A DNA stretch of 20,000 bases from an uncultured virus (IMG/VR IMGVR_UViG_3300042879_004844) (taxonomy: Duplodnaviria; Heunggongvirae; Uroviricota; Caudoviricetes). The stretch lies in the IMG/VR virus record IMGVR_UViG_3300042879_004844. One strand, written 5' to 3'. The translations under genes were made by a program, and so were the position numbers. The notes beneath the pieces are model-generated. The model worked only from the letters and a program-made list of their open reading frames with translations. It was not told the DNA's origin and did no database searches. Numbering within the stretch: position 1 is the stretch's first letter; the number at the start of each line of letters is the position of its first letter. Shown piece by piece: positions 1-6,969 of this stretch.

Positions 1-1161
1 GGTGAATGCCGAGACGATCGTGCCAGGTGCCGCCAGGAAGGTGTCGGGACGTCCCGTGATTGCCTGGCTGATGCCTGCTCCGACCTTCTCGGCTCCCTCG
101 CCGACCCTCCGGATTCCGATGCCAACACCTTCAAGAGGATTGACGCCCCTGATCGTGGGCTTTGTCACGCCTCGCACGGCGAGTCCGCCCGCGGCCTCCA
201 TGGTTCCGCCGAGCGCGCTCGTGACGGGCTTCACCAGCCTGGCCGGAAGACCGACCGGAGACAGGACCTCGCCGAGCATCGAGATGTCCTCGTCTGGTCT
301 GAACTTGGCCTCCTGAAGCAGAGATTCTTCGTATCCGGCAAGAGCGGCTCGTTTCGCCTCTGGCGTCAGGGCTCCCTGTCCAGACAACATCGCGGCTCCC
401 TCGATCACGGTCCCGGCGAGCGGGTTTCTGGCCAGCAGGGTCGCGGCACGATCGGGATTCTCCTGGATGTCCTCAGCCTCGCCGCGGCGCATGTCCTCGC
501 GAGCAAGATAGTTGTTAAAAGATTGTTCTGGCGTGACGAGTCCGAGTTTCTCGGCGGCACGGTCAGTGATGCTGGTTCCAAACATCGCGGCCCTCGTCGC
601 GGCATTTGCCGTTTCTTCCATGTCCTGCGCGACCCCGGAGGCCAGCGAACGCACGGCCCGGTTTGCGCCGCCATACGTCTGCGACAGGGCTCGCTCATAC
701 TCGTCTGATCCGGGCTCATACTGCAGCCCGGCAAGCACGGTCTGGCCGATGGGCTTGAGAGCTCCCTCATAGGCAAATTTGCCTGTTCCCCTGACGAGCT
801 GCCCGACGGTCTCCGGGACGGCCTGAATGAAGGCACCCGCGGCCCCGAGTGCAACATCGGTCAGTGGCCTCGCCCGCTCTGCCTCGAAGGCGATGCGCTG
901 TTGATCGGTCGTGAGCGGTTGTCCCTCGGCCCGCATGCGGCGGACGGTCTCGGGATCGGTCTCGGTCTCGCGCATGACCTGGGCCAGGGCACCCTCAGGG
1001 ACCGGCTCCTTCGACACCTCCTCGGTGACCTCGTCGAGAATCGATGCGGGCTTCTTCTTGCGGCGACGCCCGACGGCGCCGCGCGAGACTCCGCCGACCA
1101 TGCCGGATTTTGGCCTGGTCTCAGACGTGACCTCGCCGATGACTTCCTCGAGAACGGCCAT
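1..1161 (-). CDS. Large putative internal virion/ejection protein, N-terminal 387 codons (runs off the left edge)
   Basis: Hand translation from ATG at 1161 (MAVLEEVIGEVTSETRPKSGMVGGVSRGAVGRRRKKKPASILDEV...) stays open to position 1. It starts 3 nt after the upstream stop (TGA-CCC-ATG). It is absent from the ORF track because no stop lies in the window. The function is inferred from position (last gene of the ejection cluster) and Ala/Gly-rich helical composition. Confidence 0.7.
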   Translation of the reverse strand, partial: MAVLEEVIGEVTSETRPKSGMVGGVSRGAVGRRRKKKPASILDEVTEEVSKEPVPEGALAQVMRETETDPETVRRMRAEGQPLTTDQQRIAFEAERARPLTDVALGAAGAFIQAVPETVGQLVRGTGKFAYEGALKPIGQTVLAGLQYEPGSDEYERALSQTYGGANRAVRSLASGVAQDMEETANAATRAAMFGTSITDRAAEKLGLVTPEQSFNNYLAREDMRRGEAEDIQENPDRAATLLARNPLAGTVIEGAAMLSGQGALTPEAKRAALAGYEESLLQEAKFRPDEDISMLGEVLSPVGLPARLVKPVTSALGGTMEAAGGLAVRGVTKPTIRGVNPLEGVGIGIRRVGEGAEKVGAGISQAITGRPDTFLAAPGTIVSAFT

Positions 1162-1164
1162 GGG

Positions 1165-2577
1165 TCATTGTCCTCTCTGGCGACGAACCAGCTCCTTGAG
1201 CCGTTCTCTCCCGGCGCGATATTCCTCAGAATTCCTGTCGGGCATGTCATCGAGCTGCTCGGCGAGGCTGTTGATCTCGGCAGTCAGATCGAACTGTGAC
1301 GTGCCGGCTCCCATCGAGGCAAGCTTGCCGCCCCACATCTTGATCAGCTCCTTGCGCGCCTTGCTGATGTCCTGCAGATTGCGCTTGAAAATCGGCCAGC
1401 TGAGAGACGGGTTGATCGAGCCCTCGGCGGCCGCAAGAAGAGCGAGTTCTCGGTCAGAGATGGCTCCGAGCGCGCCACCCGTCTTGCTGTTGCGCCGCAT
1501 GTCGGCTAGGGTCTTGAATGCCACGTCGGCCTCGATGTTCTTGATGAGGGCTCGGACGTCGCTTGCTCCCGTGGTGACGGGCAGCGTTGCGATCCAGTCA
1601 GAAAATTTTCCAGTCGCCGGGAGTCTGGCTCCCTGCGCCGTGTCGACGATCGTGTCGATGTCTCGCACGACGCGGTTGGCCTGCTCGATGCTCGACTGCA
1701 TCGTGCTGATCTCCTTCTCCTGGTCCGCGTCGGCCGTGCTCGGCTCGTAGGTGGTCGAGACCTCTCCCTTGGCGTTGACGGTCACGCCCTTGAGACGGAG
1801 TTCATCCTTGAGTTCCTCGGGAAGTCCAGAGGCCGTGGTCTCGGTCCGTCCGCCGGCTCCCTTGTCGATCGTCGTGGCGCCGGTGGCCCGATTGATGATC
1901 ATGCGACCCCCGCCAGATTCCTCAGGAATCGGGACCACAAGAAGCATTCCTCCTGGACCGGCCGTCGTGTAGCCCTCTGGGGCGGCGCCGGGCGCGGGTT
2001 CCTCGCCGGGAGGACGGGCTCCCTGAAGAGGCGGGAGCGGGACGTCACCCGACGGGAGTTCTGGCTCGGCATTCTCGGGCGCATTCGGGTCGAATGGCTC
2101 AAGAGGCAGATCCTCGGGTCTCAGACCGAGATTGGGATCTGGAATGTCGCCGAGTGGCGACGGGCCCTTTTCACCGAGAAACTCGGCATAGGGATCCTCG
2201 AGTTCGCGAATCTGCTCGATGTTCCGCAGGCGCTGTCCGAGCAGGCGCTCGCGGTCGAGCGGGCTGAGAACGTTCCCGAGAAGACTGCGCTCACGAGCAA
2301 TCTCAAGGGCGCGCTCATGGGCGAGCTCGTCCTCGTCGCGCTTCTGCCTTCTCTCGAGAATCCCGAGGCCGGCACCGAGCACGCTCTCGAGGGCCACGTT
2401 GACCCCAGAGAGCAGACTGGCCGTCGCGAGACGCGATCCCTCGGTGATGGCGTTGATCCCGATGTCTCCCGGGGCAAGGATGCTTCCAGACACAAACGAC
2501 AGCGGCGCCGGGGCGGCGGGCTGAATCTGAGCCCCTCCGCCCCGCGCCACGTTGAAGCCGCCGGTCCGAATCGCCAT
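1165..2577 (-). CDS. Putative DNA transfer/ejection protein (470 aa)
   Basis: Long ORF tightly packed between neighbours (TAA-CTC-ATG). It has a hydrophobic Gly/Leu segment (SLLSGVNVALESVLGAGLGIL), a Pro/Glu-rich linker and a helical C-terminal domain. That domain contains LADMRRNSKTGGALGAISDRELALL, a GGALG-x-S-(D/E)-RE motif I recognise from podovirus internal virion proteins. Confidence 0.7.
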   Translation of the reverse strand: MAIRTGGFNVARGGGAQIQPAAPAPLSFVSGSILAPGDIGINAITEGSRLATASLLSGVNVALESVLGAGLGILERRQKRDEDELAHERALEIARERSLLGNVLSPLDRERLLGQRLRNIEQIRELEDPYAEFLGEKGPSPLGDIPDPNLGLRPEDLPLEPFDPNAPENAEPELPSGDVPLPPLQGARPPGEEPAPGAAPEGYTTAGPGGMLLVVPIPEESGGGRMIINRATGATTIDKGAGGRTETTASGLPEELKDELRLKGVTVNAKGEVSTTYEPSTADADQEKEISTMQSSIEQANRVVRDIDTIVDTAQGARLPATGKFSDWIATLPVTTGASDVRALIKNIEADVAFKTLADMRRNSKTGGALGAISDRELALLAAAEGSINPSLSWPIFKRNLQDISKARKELIKMWGGKLASMGAGTSQFDLTAEINSLAEQLDDMPDRNSEEYRAGRERLKELVRRQRGQ

Positions 2578-2580
2578 GAG

Positions 2581-3084
2581 TTACCTCGAGAAATACTGTC
2601 TCAGGAAGTCAAATCCGCCGCCTCCGAGGCCGACCTGTGCCGGCGCGGTTGGCAGATTGCCGGCCATCGGGGCCGTCGGACCCACCGGGGCCGTCGGACT
2701 CGGGGCAAACGTTCCAGACGACATCGGACGAGACGTCGACATGGCAGACGTGGGAGTGAGCCCTGGCGCCGTGGCACGAGACGACGTCGGGGTGACAGAG
2801 CCGACTCCTCCGACGGCCTGTGCGGCCGCCGCCTGCTTCATCTTCGTGAAGTCGGTCATGGCGGCCTCGTCGCGGGCCTTCTGCTGAACGTTGTGCTGTT
2901 CCTGCATGCGGCGCGCCTCTTCTTCCTGGCGCTGCTGCGCCTCGCGCTGTCTCTGCGCCTCGGCCTCGGCCCGCTGCTGGTCCATGATTCGTTGATTTGC
3001 CGCACGCTCGGCCGCAAAGATCCCAGCCCAGTCGGGCTGCGGCGGTGGCGGCGGTGCTGATCCTCCTCCTCTTCCTCCTCCCAT
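2581..3084 (-). CDS. MGG-start low-complexity putative virion protein (167 aa)
   Basis: Starts MGGGRGGGSAPPPPPQPDW, with an SD-like AGAGGA upstream. A Gln/Glu/Arg coiled coil is followed by a Pro/Thr/Ser-rich tail. Confidence 0.7.
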   Translation of the reverse strand: MGGGRGGGSAPPPPPQPDWAGIFAAERAANQRIMDQQRAEAEAQRQREAQQRQEEEARRMQEQHNVQQKARDEAAMTDFTKMKQAAAAQAVGGVGSVTPTSSRATAPGLTPTSAMSTSRPMSSGTFAPSPTAPVGPTAPMAGNLPTAPAQVGLGGGGFDFLRQYFSR

Positions 3085-3117
3085 GATGCTATCCTCTCTT
3101 TCTGTTTGTTGGCGTTT

Positions 3118-3570
3118 TCATAGAGCGACGGCGCCAGCTGCCATGTTGGCGTTCGCAGAGTTCCAGACATTGGGAACCGGCGTGATCGGACCCGCCGTTG
3201 TCGGCGATGATCCGGTTGATCCCGAGAGACGTCCGCCCGCGGTTGGATTCCTTGATCCAGTCGGCTGAAGTCTGGGACGTGACGGAGTCATGCCAGATGA
3301 TTCAGAAATTTCGCGTGGAATTGCTCCGGACTGTCCATAGAGCTGAGATCCAAAATCAGGAACCGCGAATGAGCGGAACGGGGCGTATTCGGGAGTAGGG
3401 GGTTCAGCTGGTGCCGGAGTCGGGGCGGGCGCCGGTGCCGAAACTGGGGCCGGGGCGGGCGCCGGGGCAGGAGCCGGCCTGGCCGCGGCCTGTTGCTGTT
3501 GAACACGATTCTGCATCCGCTCGCGCATCTGCGCGATCGCCCCGAATGGTCCCTGTCGGCTTCCTCCCAT
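3118..3570 (-). CDS. MGG-start Pro/Ala-rich putative virion protein (150 aa)
   Basis: Start re-assigned to ATG 3570 (MGGSRQGPFGAIAQM...), 4 nt after the upstream stop at 3575-3577. Contains a (PA)n tract. Confidence 0.7.
   Translation of the reverse strand: MGGSRQGPFGAIAQMRERMQNRVQQQQAAARPAPAPAPAPAPVSAPAPAPTPAPAEPPTPEYAPFRSFAVPDFGSQLYGQSGAIPREISESSGMTPSRPRLQPTGSRNPTAGGRLSGSTGSSPTTAGPITPVPNVWNSANANMAAGAVAL
3411..3480 (-). repeat. Coding (Pro-Ala)n low-complexity repeat
   Basis: Encodes PAPAPAPAPAPVSAPAPAPTPAP within 3118..3570. The DNA is degenerate GC-rich hexamers. Confidence 0.8.
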
Positions 3571-3574
3571 GGTC

Positions 3575-3985
3575 TCAGATTGAATATCCCATTCCTGTCT
3601 GCTGAAGCGGTCCCGCGGACGCGCTGGCAAGACGAAAACCTCTCGACTGGACTCGTGGCATCTCCCGAGTCAGTCCCGCGAACGGAAACGGTCCCTGGGG
3701 CGAGAACGGACTCGGCGCGGATTGTCCGCCGAGACCATACTGCTGGCCGGCGACGGCCTTTCCAAACTGACCGGATGAGTCTCCGAGGGCGCCGCCAAAG
3801 AGTTTTGCGAGTTCCATGTAGTTTGTCCCGCCAGAGCCGGCCGCCTGGGCCTTCGGAACCCATCCCATCCCGGAGACGTTGCTGCCGGTCGTTCCGCCGA
3901 CCGTCGCGGCCGACATGGCTCCCTTGCTGGCGTATCCGCCCGCGGCCGAGGCCGCCGGAGCGGCAGATGCGGAGGCTCCTCCCAT
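3575..3985 (-). CDS. MGG-start Gly/Ala-rich putative virion protein (136 aa)
   Basis: Start re-assigned to ATG 3985 (MGGASASAAPAASAAGGY...), 1 nt after the upstream stop (TGA-C-ATG). Confidence 0.7.
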   Translation of the reverse strand: MGGASASAAPAASAAGGYASKGAMSAATVGGTTGSNVSGMGWVPKAQAAGSGGTNYMELAKLFGGALGDSSGQFGKAVAGQQYGLGGQSAPSPFSPQGPFPFAGLTREMPRVQSRGFRLASASAGPLQQTGMGYSI

Positions 3986-3986
3986 G

Positions 3987-4343
3987 TCAGTATCCTCCTC
4001 CGACTCGATATTGAAAGGCTGGGCTGTTCGACAGGCCGCTGAATCCGCCGGCAACTCCGCCTCCGATTCCGCCCCACGGTCCGAAGGCGCTGCCGTCTGC
4101 CGTTCCGGTCGTCGCGCCCTGCATCATGCGGTCAAAGGATGATCCGAATCCGGAGGATCCGCCGGTCTTGGCACGGTAGATCGGGCCATTCACGGCGCCG
4201 TCGAGTCCGCCAAACACGGCGCCTCCGAGTGCGCCATAGGCAGATCCAACAGGGCCACCGAGTCCTCCTCCAGAAAAGCCCTCAGAGGCGCCGATGCTTG
4301 CGCCCTTTCCGGCTCTCTCGAATGCCTTGTTTGCTCCTCCCAT
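3987..4343 (-). CDS. MGG-start glycine-zipper protein, putative membrane-penetrating ejection protein (118 aa)
   Basis: Starts MGGANKAFERAGKG. It has two GxxxG-rich segments: GGPVGSAYGALGGAVFGGLDGAV and GSAFGPWGGIGGGVAGGFSGL. Confidence 0.7.
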   Translation of the reverse strand: MGGANKAFERAGKGASIGASEGFSGGGLGGPVGSAYGALGGAVFGGLDGAVNGPIYRAKTGGSSGFGSSFDRMMQGATTGTADGSAFGPWGGIGGGVAGGFSGLSNSPAFQYRVGGGY

Positions 4344-4349
4344 GATCGG

Positions 4350-4637
4350 TCACCTCACGCCCATCGGGGCGGCTCGCATCGGGACTGTCGGGGGCGGGAC
4401 GACGCTCACGCTGGGGCTGGGTCCTCCCATCGGACGAAAGAGGGGCAGACGCTGGAGCGCCATCATTTCCTGATCTGAGATGGATCCAGTCATGCCATAT
4501 GGCTGCCGGAGGGCCGTCTGTGACATCTCGGTCGCGCCCTCGCTCATCGGATCCATGAGCATGTATTCCTGACGCGAAGGAAGAGGACGAGTGATCCTCT
4601 CCATCTTCATCATTTTGTTCTGTGACGCGCCTCCCAT
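4350..4637 (-). CDS. MGG-start Met/Pro-rich hypothetical protein (95 aa)
   Basis: Starts MGGASQNKMMKM. It fills the gap between the PP-loop gene and the Gly-zipper gene, with a 6-nt spacer to the next ATG. Confidence 0.65.
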   Translation of the reverse strand: MGGASQNKMMKMERITRPLPSRQEYMLMDPMSEGATEMSQTALRQPYGMTGSISDQEMMALQRLPLFRPMGGPSPSVSVVPPPTVPMRAAPMGVR

Positions 4638-4686
4638 GTCTCTGAGAATGTAACTCGCTTCTGCCAGGATTCAGAACCAGAAAATT

Positions 4687-5517
4687 CTATGCAGAATCCT
4701 CGCGGCTGAGTCCGCAGTAGGCAAAGTTGGGCTCGACCCAGGGCACCCGGTGTGACACGTTGTTCACGTCGATGCCATACTTGGGACACCTGACAAAGGA
4801 GGCCGAGGTCGGGTCGCAGCACTTCGTGCAGGTGTGAAAATAGTCGGAATTCGTCGAGTTCTTCTTGAGAACCTGCCGGTTCTTGACGTCATAGCGCGTC
4901 TCGTCGTGCGGCACCGAGTGCCTCTCATGGTATTCAAAGACGTCATCGTCGGTCCATTCCCGGATCGGATAGAGGATCGTCCCGGCATTCTCGAGCTGGA
5001 GTCGGTCGACCTGAAGTGGCACACGGCCGACGGTCGGGTCGTCGTCCGACGACTTGTGGCCCATGACCATGCAGTCCCACGGAAAGTTGTAGGTCCCAAG
5101 CGGACGAGAAAGAAACGTCTCGAGGGCGCAGAGAAACGGATGCCCCTCCTCTGGGACGATCGTCCCACGGGCCACCATGATGTATTCTGGCTTCTGGGCC
5201 GCCGAGCTGACCTGGTAGCATTCCATGATGTCGACCCGGCTCTCCTTCCCTCGACAGAGACTGACGGCAGACGGGGCATAGTCGTGGGCCTCGAGATTCC
5301 ACTCGTCGATGATCCTGTTGATGAAGCGCAGCTTCTCGGGCATCCAGGGCTCTCGCCAGCAAACGACTGGAAGTTCTCTCTTCATGAGAAACTTCAGCAT
5401 GTGCAGGACCACCATTGAGTCCTTGCCGCCCGACCAGAGAATGACCGGGTTCCTTGCCGTCTTCAGCATGCGGTCAAGAAAGTCGACCGCGACCTCGACC
5501 TTTCGGTCGAGCGTCAT
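4687..5517 (-). CDS. PAPS-reductase-family (CysH-like, PP-loop adenine-nucleotide alpha-hydrolase) protein, non-canonical (276 aa)
   Basis: PP-loop VILWSGGKDSMVVLHML, then PE..FINRIIDEWNL and YPIREWTDDDVFEY, all typical of the PAPS_reduct family. C-terminal Cys cluster CTKCC...C. ATGA overlap with the upstream gene. Confidence 0.85.
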   Translation of the reverse strand: MTLDRKVEVAVDFLDRMLKTARNPVILWSGGKDSMVVLHMLKFLMKRELPVVCWREPWMPEKLRFINRIIDEWNLEAHDYAPSAVSLCRGKESRVDIMECYQVSSAAQKPEYIMVARGTIVPEEGHPFLCALETFLSRPLGTYNFPWDCMVMGHKSSDDDPTVGRVPLQVDRLQLENAGTILYPIREWTDDDVFEYHERHSVPHDETRYDVKNRQVLKKNSTNSDYFHTCTKCCDPTSASFVRCPKYGIDVNNVSHRVPWVEPNFAYCGLSREDSA

Positions 5518-6281
5518 AGGGCGAGGGCCGTGATTCCTGCTCCGGCAAGCTGACCGCCCGCGCCGATTCCGGCTCCCATCAAAGACGCCTGATTCGAGGC
5601 GGCCGCGGCGCTCGCGGCATTGGCGGCCGCCGCGTTTTGCGACCTGCGGGCCATTTCCATCTGCGACTGCTGCTGGAAGGCATTCGAGGCGTTCTGTGCC
5701 TGGGCCCCAAGGTATCCAAGGACCTGCTGCTGATACGCGTTGCGAAGATTGATGTTGTCGGCCGAGACCTGGCTGACGATTCCGGCGAGTGATCCGGGAT
5801 CGATTCCGGCGACCGGCATCGGGTTTGCCTGGAGATATGCGGCGACCCGATCCTGGAGTCCCTGGCGATTCGCAAAATAGTCGCGGCGGCTGCGATCAGC
5901 CAGTGCCGAGCGGGCAAATCCAGACTCGGTCCTTGCCCCGGTCCCGACCACGTCTGACAGTCCCTGGCGAAGCCACAGGTTGGAAAGTTCTCGGCTCGGG
6001 CCTCCCGCAAAATCTTGCTCGAGCTGCTGGCGCAGACCCGTCCGCATCCTGGCGGTCTCCGGGGCGAGCTGACGCTCAAGAGCCTCTGAGTTCAGGGCGT
6101 TGATGATGGCCTCGCGTCTTGCCGTCTCCTGGAGATACGGGATGTCGGCGCGCATCGTCTCTGGTGTCGCCCGAACGGCCGCCTCGGCGAGTCCCCTCCC
6201 GAGAGCGATCTGTCCCTGCAGACCCGCGTTGTATCCCTCAAGCGGCTGCGTGTATTGAACTGACGGAGATCCTCCACCCAT
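5514..6281 (-). CDS. MGG-start putative ejection/pilot protein (255 aa)
   Basis: Starts MGGGSPSVQYTQP. The body is Gln/Ala/Asn-rich and helical, and the C-terminus is a hydrophobic Gly zipper (LMGAGIGAGGQLAGAGITALAL). It occupies the position of the first ejection protein (T7 gp14/P22 gp7 position) after the nozzle and a gp13-like gene. Confidence 0.75.
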   Translation of the reverse strand: MGGGSPSVQYTQPLEGYNAGLQGQIALGRGLAEAAVRATPETMRADIPYLQETARREAIINALNSEALERQLAPETARMRTGLRQQLEQDFAGGPSRELSNLWLRQGLSDVVGTGARTESGFARSALADRSRRDYFANRQGLQDRVAAYLQANPMPVAGIDPGSLAGIVSQVSADNINLRNAYQQQVLGYLGAQAQNASNAFQQQSQMEMARRSQNAAAANAASAAAASNQASLMGAGIGAGGQLAGAGITALAL

Positions 6282-6293
6282 ATCGGTCGAAAC

Positions 6294-6680
6294 CTACACG
6301 GCTCCCTCCATCAAGTAAATCTCTCTGTTCATCTTTGAGTATCCGGTCTTCTCAATCATCTCCGTGGGAAATGTCTTTCGGGTCTCATCGAGGGGCACCC
6401 CGATCCAGCCCTCGCCGCCATGGTTGAACTGGGCCACGGCCCTCCACGCCAAGACCACCTCCATGATCCCACGCGGCGTCGCGACCTCGGGATGAAACGC
6501 CGGAAAGGCGACCGGAAGATAGACGATGTCGGCATAACCGAATGTCTTCTCGTCTCGCTCGAAGGCGACGACCTTGCCGTTCTTCCAGTGCCCGATCTCG
6601 TGGTCGAAGGTCCTGGCAAACTGCTGCATTCTCTTGAAGTCGTCGGAATACGGGTTGACGTCGATGAATCTGGTCTTCAT
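6294..6680 (-). CDS. Small alpha/beta protein, possibly degenerate GNAT fold (T7 gp13/P22 gp14-position assembly factor), 128 aa
   Basis: True start is most likely ATG 6680 (MKTRFIDVNPYSDDFKRM...), an ATGA overlap with the upstream stop. It has a beta-hairpin VVAFERDEKTFGYADI and a C-terminal MIEKTGYSK resembling GNAT motif B. The position between nozzle and ejection genes is consistent. The fold call is inference. Confidence 0.55.
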   Translation of the reverse strand: MKTRFIDVNPYSDDFKRMQQFARTFDHEIGHWKNGKVVAFERDEKTFGYADIVYLPVAFPAFHPEVATPRGIMEVVLAWRAVAQFNHGGEGWIGVPLDETRKTFPTEMIEKTGYSKMNREIYLMEGAV

Positions 6681-6967
6681 GATACGGATGTGGGTGGCTG
6701 GGGTTCTGGCGGGATGGTCGGCAGCGTCTGCGAGGTCGAGATGCTGTTTGAGAGCGGAAGCGGAATCTCCGAGGCGAGATCCTGGATGAACTGGTTGACG
6801 GTCGACGTCGAGTATCCGGTCATGGCACACGGAAGACACTCCTGGGTCGGCATGTTGGGGACCGTGATCGACGAATAGAACGACATCGGGAGACGGTCGG
6901 AGAACGGACTCACGAAGGCGTTCGGAGTCGTTCCGTTGAAGAGCGTGACTGAGGTTGCCTTGGGCAT
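6677..6967 (-). CDS. Hypothetical protein (96 aa), Ser/Thr/Pro-rich, with a CxxC
   Basis: Starts 2 nt after the nozzle stop (TGA-CC-ATG) and ends in an ATGA overlap with the next gene. Contains ECLPC. Confidence 0.65.
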   Translation of the reverse strand: MPKATSVTLFNGTTPNAFVSPFSDRLPMSFYSSITVPNMPTQECLPCAMTGYSTSTVNQFIQDLASEIPLPLSNSISTSQTLPTIPPEPQPPTSVS

Positions 6968-6969
6968 GG

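Noticed and set aside
4687..5517. Calling this gene cysH (sulfate-assimilation AMG) or dndC (phosphorothioation)
   Set aside because: The catalytic ECGLH motif is absent, and there are no cys or dnd partner genes in the window.
2581..6281. MGG proteins as classical double-glycine-leader bacteriocin precursors
   Set aside because: The GG is at residues 2-3 rather than ending a 15-30 aa leader, and no C39 peptidase/ABC exporter is present.
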